Shown here piece after piece: positions 21,570 through 32,227 of a stretch of 63,367 nucleotides of DNA. The position numbers and the translations under genes are program-made. The notes under the pieces are model-generated. The model was not told where the DNA came from. It ran no database searches and saw only the letters and a program-made list of their open reading frames with translations. Every line of letters starts with the position of its first letter. The first letter of the stretch is position 1. The stretch covers positions 1 to 63,367 of the forward strand of contig RQSC01000518.1 of assembly GCA_013416795.1 (NCBI GenBank), written 5' to 3'. Source of the stretch: Prasinococcaceae sp. CCMP 1430. Lineage: Eukaryota > Plantae > Prasinodermophyta.

Positions 21570-23522
21570 TCATGGCGCGTCGTCCTCTGGGGGCAGGAAC
21601 CAGGCGCGGCCGGCCTGATAGTTGAGCAGCAACCTGAAGCGCCCGATGAGGCCCGAGCAGAGCATCCCGGCCGAGAACACGCTCGTCTCCACCGCCTTGT
21701 CATTGTTCTGCAGGAAAACCGCCATGGCGTTCTCCGCCGTGCTGCTGCCGATGTCAACGCGGTCCACCACGCCCGATCGCGCCTGCACTCGCGCGGCTTT
21801 GGTGAGGCCGCGCACCACCATACGGCTCGTGCGCTCGCCCAGGGCCTCGAGCATCTGCAGGCCGCTCGGGCTGCTCGAGTGGAAGATCAGGTCGGTGCCG
21901 CGCGCGCCGCTGTCCAGCATGAAAAGCGTCTTGGATGAGATGCCGCAGGTGCTCACGGTGGCCTCCACGTGCGGAACACGGCCGACGAGGTGGAGCGGCT
22001 GCGGGGGTGGCAGGGACGACTCGTCGTCGCCGCCGACGCTGAGCGAGGGGTCGTCGGGTGGCATCACGCGCAGTGTGACGTCACTGGCTTTGCCCGCCGC
22101 CGGCAGCTCGACGGCGGCGCGCCTGAAGAAGTCCCAGCCGATAATGCCAGCCGGCGCGTTGCTTCCCTGCGCAGAGTCGACGACATCGATGGCGTCGTGG
22201 ATCTCCAGGAAGAGCGGGTTGGCCATCACCACGGGGCCGATCTGGAGCGTCGCGCAGCGGCGCATCTGGCTCTGGTGCGAGCCGCCCACCGACGTGATGC
22301 TCAGCTTGCCGAAGGTCTCCATGCGCAGCTTGTCGGCCGTGGCCTTCGACACGACCAGGCCCGAGCACCCGGTGTCAAGCAGCCATTCGCCGCAGTCGCA
22401 GCCGTTGAGCAGCGCGCGGACGAGGATGTGCCCCCCCGGCGTGCGGCGCGCCTGCACCAGCGGTGACATGTTTTCGATGTACGTCGTGTCCGCCGCGCGG
22501 GCATGCACGTCAGGGGCGACGAAGAGGGCGTCGCTCACCGCGGCCGCGCCCGCCCGCGTTGCCACGTAGGTGTCCGTGCCACCGCTCGCTGGGTAGTGGG
22601 CCACGCGCGCTGGGAACATGGCGCCGCCATCGGAGGGCGAGCGCCAGTCCGAGAGCTCGTAGACCTCCTCGCTGCCCCACATCTGCATGCGCAGCTGCAG
22701 CGGGATGCAGTCCTCGCCGAGAAGTAGCCGTGCGCACACCTTCCCACCGCGGATACGCACGTGCACCGCATGCGCTACGCCGTCTGGCACGCGCGGCTTT
22801 CCGTCCGCATCCCCCGCGTCGTCGCCGCCCGCGCCCTCGCCGCTTTTGACGTCGATGACCAGCCGCGGGCGCACGTGGGGCAGCAGCCACGCGCCCGACC
22901 GCATCCACATCGACAGCAGCGCGTCCTCGCGGTCGTCGAGCTCCATGAGGCTCGCAAGGTCGTTTTCCACGGTCCACGCCGTCCCGAGGTCCGCACCGCT
23001 CACGCTCGCGGCCTCCTCGTCGCCCTCTGCCGCGACAACATCAGTGGCCCCGCGATCGTCCGCGACGGCCGCAGCCGCCGCTGCTGCCACGCGCGCGTCG
23101 GTCCCGCCCGCCCCCACGGGCTTGGGTCCCTCGTATCCTTGCTGGTAGTGCAGCCCCTGCCCCACGGTCACAGTCTCCGAGTGAAAGGCGCCGTCGTGGC
23201 GCACCTGCAGACGCCAGCGTGAGTGCAGGCCCATGTACGTCCCGTCGCCCTCGGCGCACGCGAAAGGCGTGCTTGGCGCGATCGCCTGCGTCCCGGCGAG
23301 CGTCGAGCCGCTCGGCAGGCCCAGAGCGCTGCGGATGCGCTCGAGGGTGCGCTCGACCTCTTCTGAAGCAGCCTCCCCGGCATCGGAGGGAGCCACCGCC
23401 GAGGTTGGGGCGCGCCGCCTCGAGCGCTCCCCGCGCCGCACGCGCGCCGCCGCGGCGACAGGGCACGGCGGGTTTGCACGCGCCGCTGCACGCGCCACCA
23501 AACGTGATGCCATCGCGCGCAT
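21570..23522 (-). CDS. Tandem retropepsin-like aspartyl protease with transit-peptide-like N-terminus
   Basis: Two catalytic motifs, LLDTGCSG and MLDSGARG, each followed by a G-I/M-I/L-G-like end (GIIGWDFF; GMLCSGLI). Arg/Ala-rich N-terminus. Confidence 0.75.
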   Translation of the reverse strand: MRAMASRLVARAAARANPPCPVAAAARVRRGERSRRRAPTSAVAPSDAGEAASEEVERTLERIRSALGLPSGSTLAGTQAIAPSTPFACAEGDGTYMGLHSRWRLQVRHDGAFHSETVTVGQGLHYQQGYEGPKPVGAGGTDARVAAAAAAAVADDRGATDVVAAEGDEEAASVSGADLGTAWTVENDLASLMELDDREDALLSMWMRSGAWLLPHVRPRLVIDVKSGEGAGGDDAGDADGKPRVPDGVAHAVHVRIRGGKVCARLLLGEDCIPLQLRMQMWGSEEVYELSDWRSPSDGGAMFPARVAHYPASGGTDTYVATRAGAAAVSDALFVAPDVHARAADTTYIENMSPLVQARRTPGGHILVRALLNGCDCGEWLLDTGCSGLVVSKATADKLRMETFGKLSITSVGGSHQSQMRRCATLQIGPVVMANPLFLEIHDAIDVVDSAQGSNAPAGIIGWDFFRRAAVELPAAGKASDVTLRVMPPDDPSLSVGGDDESSLPPPQPLHLVGRVPHVEATVSTCGISSKTLFMLDSGARGTDLIFHSSSPSGLQMLEALGERTSRMVVRGLTKAARVQARSGVVDRVDIGSSTAENAMAVFLQNNDKAVETSVFSAGMLCSGLIGRFRLLLNYQAGRAWFLPPEDDAP

Positions 23523-23765
23523 CACCTTCCGGCGCCGCACCGCGCACACTGCGCAGAGTGGCCGCGGCTCGGCCCCGGCGCAGCAACGCAACACGAGATA
23601 CGGCGGTTTCCACCCGCGCAGGCGCCACTAGCTGCGCGCGGCGCGGCGCGGAGCGCGCGGAGTGGCGCGCCACGGGGCACGGCTGACGGTCGGAGCGCGC
23701 CTCCCCCCCGACCTCCGTTCCCCTCCCTCCACCCCCGTCGCTGGCACCGCCGCCGCCGCCGCCGG

Positions 23766-23766
<1 letters not shown>

Positions 23767-23805
<39 letters not shown>
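23767..23805. repeat. (CAG)13 microsatellite in a divergent promoter region
   Basis: Read directly from the sequence. Confidence 0.97.
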
Positions 23806-23806
<1 letters not shown>

Positions 23807-24086
23807 GGCGCCGCCGCGCGCGCGCGCCCCCGTCCGAACGCGAACGAGAAAAAGAAAAGCCGCGATTTCGCGCGATTTCGCGCGGCGCGGCGCCCGCCCG
23901 CGCACATACGCAAATGACGCCAAACCACGGAACCGCCGCGGCCTTTCTGCGGTCCTTGCGCCCCTCCCGGGCGCGGTTTGGGGGGGCGCGTGTGCGTTCC
24001 GCGCGCGCCAAAAAGTTCCGCGGGAGTGACCGCCCCGATCCCGGTCTGTGTACGAGATTTCGCCGAAAATACCGGGTCATGCGAGG

Positions 24087-24851
24087 ATGTACCCGGTAAT
24101 GTCGCGCGCGAATACCGGGGGGAGGGGAAGGCCTGCTCTGGCGCAGCAGCAGCGGCCGCGGTGGCACCTGGCGGCTCGTGCGCCACAACCCGCGCCTGGC
24201 GCTGCCCGGGGCGCACGATGGCGGCGGCGGGTGCTGGGCGACCTCGATCTTCCTGATGCAGCCGCCTTTGCGGCCGCGGCGGCCGCCGCAACGTGGGGAG
24301 CGTGCGCCGCGCTGCCCGTGACCGGGGCCGCGGCGGCGATCCTGATGATTGAAGCGCCCACGTTCGCCGTGCACGCCGCGCCGCTCGCATCGTTCGAGCC
24401 CGACGAGCGCTACATGGCAGCGTTCACAACGCCGTACTTCTTCGCCGCGGAGTGCGCGCTCATCACAGCTCTGTGGGTGGCCTCTCCGCTGAACAGCGTG
24501 TTGCCTGCGGTGGCGTTCGGCCTGCACCTGGCCGCCCACGTGTGCTACACGCTCATCGCAGCCGTAGCGCCGCAGTGGGCACTGCGCACGAACGTCGAAA
24601 GGGTCGTCGAGGCGGGGAGGGGTCTCCGCTTTGCGCTGCCGTCGCTGTGGGCTTGGACGCTGACCGTCCTCAATGGTGTGGACGCGGCAATGCACGCCCT
24701 GTACGCCGCGGCGGCAGCGCACGTTCTGGCCGTTTCGCCAGGCGGGGGAACCGCAGTGGCTGCTGCCGCCTGTGCTGCGGCGGTGCTGCTTGGCGGAGTC
24801 ACCTGGCACGCCTCACGACCCGCGCGAGCGAGCGACCCAGCATGTGCGTGA
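24087..24851 (+). CDS. Hypothetical multi-pass membrane protein, possibly organellar
   Basis: Arg-rich N-terminus followed by about 5 hydrophobic segments with embedded His residues; TGTAA at 24902-24906. Confidence 0.55.
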   Translation: MYPVMSRANTGGRGRPALAQQQRPRWHLAARAPQPAPGAARGARWRRRVLGDLDLPDAAAFAAAAAAATWGACAALPVTGAAAAILMIEAPTFAVHAAPLASFEPDERYMAAFTTPYFFAAECALITALWVASPLNSVLPAVAFGLHLAAHVCYTLIAAVAPQWALRTNVERVVEAGRGLRFALPSLWAWTLTVLNGVDAAMHALYAAAAAHVLAVSPGGGTAVAAAACAAAVLLGGVTWHASRPARASDPACA

Positions 24852-25068
24852 GTGGCACCGCCAGATTGCGCAACCTTCGATTTGTATGTACCAACGATCT
24901 CTGTAAGATATGTGAATGGTCACTCAGCAAAGGCCATCGAGACAGTGGCCCGCTTGCGCTCCTCGCACAGGCTCACAAGCGCGCGCACCCCCTCGAGCGA
25001 AGAGCGCCACCCTCGCCGCGTGTCGAAGCAAGAAATATTGTACAAGTGCTCCGCGCGCTCGCTGCTGC

Positions 25069-26222
25069 CTAGCCCTGCGCGACGGCTGTGGTGCCCGAAC
25101 CCGCAGCCTCTTTGGCGGCCTCGAGGGCAGCCTTGCGCTTGGCATCGCGCTCGATGGAAAAGAGCTCGAGCATCTCCTGCTCGAACTCGTGCACCTCGCC
25201 GCAGAGGATGAGCGAGTGCAGCGGCTCGCCAAAATCGACTGTGGGCACATGTGTGGGCAGGAAACACTGCGCGTCAGCGTGTGATGCCACGCACGGGCCC
25301 TGCGTGAGCTGTGTGCGCGCGCGCACCTTCGAGTAGCTCGCCCATAGTGCCTGCGACAATCTGCTGCCTCTCGCCGCTGCCGACGCGCGCCAGCCCCACG
25401 GCCATCGACTCCCTGCTGTAAACTCCCTCGCCGCGCTTCTCCTCAATCTCAAGCAGCTCTTCAATTGCAGTGTTGACGCTCATGTAACGCGGGGGCTCGT
25501 ACCGCTTCTTCCCCATGCACAGCGCCTCCATATCGGGCTCCTGCGAGTGGTGGCCGAGCGCGTGAACGCGCGTCAGTGCCCTGCCCTGAGGCGGCGACCG
25601 CGAGGGAGGCGCGCGCAACGCAGGCGCGCGTGGAACATAGGACGGTGGGGCGCGGGGACAGGAGGGAACGGTGGAGCGCCGATGCTCTCGAGCGGTGCGA
25701 TGCTGCGCGCACCTTCACGCGAATGTCGAGGAGGCAGAGCGTATGCAGGCCGTTCTTCATGTTGGCCTTGATTTTGTCGTAGAAGGAGTCGGGCCTCCAG
25801 CTCTCGGTGAAGAAGACGATGGAGATGCACTCGCCGAACCTGTACAGCTGCAGGCCACAGGCACCGACGGCTGTCATGACGGTCGAATTGTGGATGACGC
25901 GCACGTCAATGCCCGCCTTCGCCGCGCGGAGCTGCATGTCGCTGTGCGTGGTCGCGCCGAAGACGTCGCCGACAACTAGGAATGCGACGTCGGCCGTGCG
26001 TGCCTCTTCGAGCATGGCGTCGACCGCGGAGTCGCTCTCGCACTTCTCGCGGTCTAGCAGCTGCACCTCCTTCCCGTAGAGTGCCTCGAGCTTTTCCTTG
26101 CCCACCAGTAAGATTGACGTGTATGCCTCGAGGTACACGCTCGCGCACGAGCGCACCGCATCGAGGCCGCGCACGGTGATGTCGCGCTCGTCACACAGGC
26201 CGAGGCCGATCATGTACAGCAT
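25069..26222 (-). CDS. DPH5: Diphthine methyl ester synthase (introns 25541-25712, 25239-25326)
   Basis: MLYMIGLGL, YLEAYTS, VVGDVFGATTHSD, GLQLYRFGE, GLHTLCLLDIRVKEP, YEPPRYM, DFGEPLHSL. Confidence 0.96.
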
Positions 26223-27011
26223 GACCGCCGCCGCCACGGACCACCCCGCCACTCGTCGGCGACAGCGCTGCGAGGTGGAGCTGGGGGCGCGACGACGGGG
26301 CGCCGGGAGGGGTTGGCGTCGGGACGGAGACGATGACTGGCGGGCGGACGAGGGGAACGGGTAGGGGGGGGAGAGGGGAAGGGGGGGGGCGCGCCCTGCT
26401 GCGGCGCGCGCGCGCGAAGTGGCAAATTGCTTGGCGTCGACACCCGAGTGCGAAAATCGACGTCCAGATTTCCCGGAACGCGCGGACGCGCGCCCGCCGG
26501 GGCGCCTTTTCGGGGGCGATCACACGAAACAAAATCTAAATTTATCTGGGGGTCAGTATTTCGATTCCGTCGTTTTTGGCGCTTTTTTGGGAGGGCGTGA
26601 GGGGCGGGGATTAGGGTTGCATGGGAGGGTTCATATTCCTATGCGGAGGTTCCACGCACATCGCATGCACGTGCACACGGCCACTGTGCGCCGGCGAACG
26701 GGGCGTCGTCCACCTGTCCACCGAGCGAGGAGGCGCGCGGGCAATGCAGGACACGCGTGGCGAGTGACGCAGCGAGCACGGCCGCACGCGGGAGAGTGCG
26801 AAGAGCAAGTTACATCGTACGCTCTAGCCAGTTGAGGGTGTAGAGAGGTGCAGGGTGCAGACATGTTGTCGGCACGTTTCCTGTCGCGAATGCCCCCGCT
26901 GCGTCTCTGGGGCGCTCTTGAGCTTTTCTTCCGTGCGTGCAAGGGCATCGGGTCGGGCGCCCAATTGAATTGGTGTGGTAGGTCGCTCTCGAAGCGGCGT
27001 TCGAGTCATGC

Positions 27012-28751
27012 TCACGTCTTGGTGATGACCCTGTGGTGGAGCTCGGCCGCCTCAGCATCGCGAAGCACGAAGCGCATCCCGAAGCCCTCGGCCTCGACGG
27101 TAAGAAAGCCTGGTCCGGGGTGAAAGAACGAGCCGTATGCGTCCTGCTCTGGGAGGGGCTCGTCCGGATGGCTCGACTGCCTGGTCTCCGAACCAGCGCC
27201 AGTGGTGATGTAGAGCATGTCGCGTCCTTTCGGTTGGTTTGGCAACGTAACCGACGTTCCGTCCGGGACGAAGTACGGCGCTGCCGCAGGGTCGGTATAC
27301 TTCGCGGTAGGGATACCTTCCGCGATGCAGCGCACATCTTCGTCGAAGCCGTCGGCGAGGAACTCCGCCAGGGTATTACCGCCCAGAGTGTACTCGTCGA
27401 CGGCGCAACAGTACGGGCGCGTGATGAGCTGCAGGTCGTGGTCATGCCCATTGATGTATGCGTCAACGCCGTGCTTCCAAAGGAGCTCGTCGACATCGTT
27501 GAGCAAATCGATGCTGTCGCCGTGATGAGAGTGGCTCCTGATCGGATGATGGCCAAAGGCCAGCAGCCAGGTGGTCTTCCCTTGCAGAGCAGACAGGCGC
27601 ATGCTCTCCGCTGCGCGCGCGAGAAGGTCGTCGATACGCGCGAGGGTTCCGGCGCGCCACGCCTCAACTGACGCGCGATATGAGCTCACGCTGTCACTGC
27701 GTGCAAAAGGTGGCCCACCTATACCCTGGAAATCGGTACGCCGATGCGTGAGGTGCGCCGCGATTCGTCAGAGCGCGAGGTGCCTGCCGGCATCCGAGCG
27801 GGCGCGGGCGCGGGCACAGGCGAGTGCACGCGGCTGCAGGCGCGGTGCGCTCACCTGGAAATCGTACGTGTGCGTGCCGGGGCAATAGAGGTAGTCGCTG
27901 ATGAGCACGTTTGTGTCGATGTGCACGGCCCACACGATCACGCTCTCGTCCGCAGAGGTGTAATTGGCGATCTCGAATAGAGCCGCGTGCCAGCGCGCGT
28001 CCTTGAGCTGCGCGACAGAGTCAAACTGCGCGCTGATGTTGCCGCGAAAATCGTGATTCCCCATAATCACATCCCACCGTTTCCCCTGCATGACTGGCGC
28101 GCTGTAGACATTGGTGAAGCTCTCGGTGAACTCCGCGTGGTCGCCGTTGATGAGACCATCTTATCCACCATGCACGTACAGAAATTTGCCACCGCCGCGT
28201 CGCGCTGCTGTCAGGTGACGCTTTGCGGTGAGTGACGCAATGGCTGCTCAAAGTGCCGCGCACGTACTCTGATAGAAATTGTCGCCGACAGACACCGGGA
28301 ACCACGCGGCGCCCAGGTTCGCCTGGTTTTCTGCGAAGGTCGCCATGCCGGCGGCAACGCGCGTCTGGTTCTCTCGCGCCGCCGGATCCTGGTCGGCACC
28401 CTGGCGCCCCCAGTCGCCCACCACCACGAGGCTCACCCTGATGGCGCCCACGCCCCGGAATTGCGCAGGAATCGCGCGTGCCGCCGGCGCCGCCGCGCCG
28501 AGCAGCAGCGATCCGGTGCACACGCTGGTCACCCACCGCGCACCCGGGACTTGCCGCGCAATGAAGGGCACTGTCGTACCATCGTGCAACGCGTCTGCAA
28601 CGCCATGTCCGCCGGGGACACAGATGATGTCGGCCTGGGGGCAATCGGCAAAGCTGACCGTGGGGACGAGCGCGAGCGGGCAATCGGTCCCGACCGGTGC
28701 CGTCGTCGCGGCGGCGATGTGCACCGCCGCTCCGGGCAGGCGCGACAAAAA
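27012..28751 (-). CDS. Purple/tartrate-resistant acid phosphatase (ACP5/PAP17-type); introns 28160-28267 and 27726-27854; start codon unresolved; DJ-1-like segment in the N-terminus
   Basis: After splicing, all five metal-ligand motifs are present: GDWG, GDNFY, GNHD, GHHP, GHDH; also YITTGAGS. TGTAA (minus strand) at 26810-26814. Confidence 0.85.
28492..28751 (-). other. Truncated bacterial-type DJ-1/PfpI (InhA-like) coding fragment in-frame with the phosphatase
   Basis: FLSRLPGAAVHIAAATTAPVGTDCPLALVPTVSFADCPQADIICVPGGHG...ARWVTSVCTGSLLLGAA. Both termini of the DJ-1 fold are missing. Confidence 0.8.
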
Positions 28752-29193
28752 CAGGGCGACGGCCGGGCGGGGCGCGGCCGGCCAGCCGCGCGCGCGGGGA
28801 GGGGGCGCGGTGTGCCGCCGGACACCTCCCAGGCAAGATTCCCCTCAGGCGGCACAGATGCCCACAGCCCAGCAAGCAGTCATTGCTGGCCAGGAGGTCA
28901 GCCTGCACCGCACCGCCACCAATGCGTTTTGACCTGCATTCGGATTCAATGGATTCCACGACATATGGTCGTACTTCACATTGGATTCCAAATCCGATTC
29001 GAATGTATTATGATATATTATCTGCTGTTGGATTCCGCGGCTGGCGCCTCTGCGCGTTCGGAGCGCCGCCTCTGCGCGTTCGAAGCGCTGCGGGTGCTCG
29101 CGCGGGCACTCGCCGCCCGCGCGGCGCGGGGCGCTCGACCGACGGCGCGGCGCGCGCAGGCTCGCGCGGCTCGAGGCCCGGCTGCGTGCCGAG

Positions 29194-30648
29194 ATGCAGG
29201 CGCGGGCAGAGGCGGCGGGCGCTGTGGAGAAGGAGGCGCCGCGCGACCAGCATGGCGCGCCGGAGGGGGAGGCCAACGCGCGCAGCGGGTGCCCTTCCCT
29301 CGCGCACGGAGTGGGAGCCACTGAACGGGACGCAGGGGCCGACTCGCGGCAGACGGAGTCGGCCCGGAGCCGCGAGCATCAGGACGAAGTGTTGAGGCAA
29401 ACGACAGAGCACACGAGTGCTCGCAGCGACAGCGGTGCACACGCGAGCACTTCTGCGGAGGCAGCGCGCGTCGTCGCTCCGGCGCCCACGGTGACATTGG
29501 CATCGTGCTGGGTTGACCGCAACCGTGGGAAGTTTGCGTGTCAGCCCGGCAATGCCGATGACGACGACACAAACGTCAACGAGCTCTTCACACAACCGTT
29601 TTCGGTGCTCGCATCCATCTACGAGAACGGCCGGGATGCATACCTCGGCAGCGGGCGGGCGTTCAAGGCGCGTGGCTTCAAGCGCGCGGCGAGCGCGCTC
29701 AAGCGGGCGGGCCACGCAATCACCACACCTGCGCAGGTCGATGAGTTCTGCGATGCGACCAAGGGAGTGGGCGAGTCCATCCGCGAGCTGATGAAGGAAC
29801 TTCTGCGCACTGGCACGATGGAGCGCCTGCGTCACCTCAACGAGAGCCCGGACATCACCGCGGTGCGTGAGCTTCAGAAGGTGTGGGGAATTGGTCCGGG
29901 TACGGCGCATCGAATGATTCAGCGCGGGATTCGAACGCTCGCGCAGCTGCGCAATGCGGTCGCTGGCGAGGACAAGCGCGTGGCGCTCTCGAGACGACAA
30001 CTCGTCGGGCTAGAGCTCGCCGAGGAGCTCGACACGCGCATGCCACGCGATGAGGCGGGCGCCATCGCTGCCACAATCGAGCATGCAGCGCAGGTGCTGT
30101 GCCCCGGGGCCACCGCGACGCCATGCGGGTCCTATCGACGCGGTGCGCCAACGTGTGGGGACGTGGACGTGCTCATCACTCACGCAGACGCGTCGCGCCT
30201 ACCGGGGCTCCTGGGACGCCTTCTGCAGAAGCTCAGCCGGGAGGGTTTCCTCACGCATCATCTGATTGTGCCAAAGCTTGCGTCGAGTGCGGACGTGCCG
30301 GCAGACGAGATGAGTTTTCCGGTGCGCATGGGAGGCAAACCGTCTAGGCAGGAGCTCCCGTCCACGTACATGGGCGTGTGCGTGGCAGGAGATAAGTACA
30401 CCGCGCACCGGCGCGTGGACATCAAGGTATACGCGCCCGACACGTTGCCATGCGCCGCACTCTATTTTACTGGCTCTGGGCACTTCAATCGTTCCATGCG
30501 CCTATTCTGCAAGAGAAAAGGGCTCAAGCTCTCCGACACAGGGCTTTGGCACAGGGAGAGCGGGCGACAGATCAAGTGCACGAGCGAGGAAGACATTTTC
30601 AAGGCCTGTGGCCTCGAGTACGTCGCTCCGCGAGACCGCAGCGTGTGA
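29194..30648 (+). CDS. POLL: DNA polymerase X family, Pol lambda-like
   Basis: HhH motifs (KGVGESI, VWGIGPGTA), GSYRRG, GDVDVLITH, RRVDIKVY, LYFTGSGHFNRSMR, LEYVAPRDR. Confidence 0.92.
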   Translation: MQARAEAAGAVEKEAPRDQHGAPEGEANARSGCPSLAHGVGATERDAGADSRQTESARSREHQDEVLRQTTEHTSARSDSGAHASTSAEAARVVAPAPTVTLASCWVDRNRGKFACQPGNADDDDTNVNELFTQPFSVLASIYENGRDAYLGSGRAFKARGFKRAASALKRAGHAITTPAQVDEFCDATKGVGESIRELMKELLRTGTMERLRHLNESPDITAVRELQKVWGIGPGTAHRMIQRGIRTLAQLRNAVAGEDKRVALSRRQLVGLELAEELDTRMPRDEAGAIAATIEHAAQVLCPGATATPCGSYRRGAPTCGDVDVLITHADASRLPGLLGRLLQKLSREGFLTHHLIVPKLASSADVPADEMSFPVRMGGKPSRQELPSTYMGVCVAGDKYTAHRRVDIKVYAPDTLPCAALYFTGSGHFNRSMRLFCKRKGLKLSDTGLWHRESGRQIKCTSEEDIFKACGLEYVAPRDRSV

Positions 30649-30730
30649 GCGCGAGCGAGTAAAGCGCAAGCCTTCCTCTAGTACGTATTATGAATGTCTG
30701 CGGGGGAGTTGCGCCACCACGGCGCGCGTG

Positions 30731-31878
30731 TCAGTGCGCTGCTTGCCTTTCGAGCGCCTCATCTCTCACTCGGGCGAGCCGAGCGAGCACCTCGGCGTCC
30801 ACATGCGGCTCGAAGCCGTCGACGGTCGCACTGGCCTCGCAAGTGACGCCGTCGACGCCGCCGGCGTCGACCACTGCCTGCAGCATTGCGGCGCTCTGCT
30901 CCGCCGTAGGCAGTAGCGACGGCACCGTCCGACCGGCCGCTCGCGCACCGACCTCGATGGCTGCTGCGAGCGCGTACGCAGTCCAGTTGCTCGTGTCGCC
31001 GACGAGGCACTCGTCTGAGGCCACCTCGCAGGGTTTCTCTGGCAGACGCTGCAACTCCTGGTCGGAGGCAGCTGCGCTCGAGCGCAATGCGCGCACTGCG
31101 TCCGCTACGTTTCCCATCCCGCACTCGTTCCCGCCGTCCCCCACCGCGAGGAGCAGGCAGCCACGGTATTGCTCGTAGGCCTCCGAGGCCGTGGCGACGA
31201 GCTCCCTCTGCCTGTGCACAGCGTCGAAGATGGCGTCGGCACGCGCAGTGACGTCTCCGAGGTCCTCGCCGCGACAGCTGAGGTATTTCCCATCGCCGTT
31301 GCGCCCGCATCGCTCCACCGACGCGCACAGCGTGGGCCGCACGTCGGCGAGCAGCCGCTCGGCGAACGCCGTGTCCGATGCCGCGCTTGTTCCCATCGGG
31401 AAGCGCAGCACGTCGGCGCTGCTGCCGACGACAGCCTGCAACACGCCAGCGGTGGCGTCGTCGGCGACGTACGTGACTGTGTGACGCTCGCGCGCGGGGG
31501 CGCGGGAGGCGCAATGTACTCTGGGCGTCAGCGACATGTTAGGTGGGCACGCTCCGTGTCCGCAGCGTGAGGAAGGGGGAGGGAGGACAGGGGCGGGGTG
31601 GCAAGAGGCGGGGCGGGGCGCGCACCATCGAAGCCGACAGCCGTCAGCGCTTTGCCCAGCGTAGCTGCTCCCGGCGGCCCGTCCGTCTCCGCCGCGCGCG
31701 CCTTTCGCACGTAGAAGCCACTGAGCAACAAGCAGCGCCCGCGCGGCTGCTCGAGCACTCTCCGCGCCGCGCGGCTGACGTAACCTGCGGGCGGTGCGCC
31801 CGCCGCGACGAGCTGCCGCATGCCCCGCTCCCCGCGCCGCAGCAGCTCCGCCTCGAACGGCGGCGCGCCAGCCAGCAT
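30731..31878 (-). CDS. D-glutamate cyclase family (DUF4392); intron 31477-31625
   Basis: LLSGFY, AETDGPPGA, SVERCGRNGDGKYLSCRG, AVGDGGNECGMG, TSNWTAYAL, GVDGVT...VDG. Confidence 0.85.
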
Positions 31879-32227
31879 GGCGCGCGTGCTCCACGCGACG
31901 CCCCGGCGGGCGGCGGTGTGCCACCGCGCCGCGCCGCGCCGCGCCCCTCCCCCCTCCCTCCCCGCGTCCCGTCCCATCCACTCCACACCAGGCGCCCACA
32001 CCACGCCACGCCACAGCCGCCAGCAGCGCGCGGAGGGAGGGAGGGAGGGTGGGTGGGTGGGCTCGCGCCGAGGCCGCGCGCCTCGCCCCCGCCCAGGACA
32101 GCATTCACCCACGGGAGAGTCACACCACGCGCTTTGAGGTTAACATCCAACCCAAACACCCTCCACGCAACTCACATCCATCAAATGAGCTGAGGAACGC
32201 AGCACAAACCCTGAATGGCCTCGCCGG

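Noticed and set aside
28845-28847. In-frame TGA upstream of the phosphatase as possible selenocysteine/readthrough
   Set aside because: The upstream peptide has no recognisable homology, and I found no SECIS-like element.
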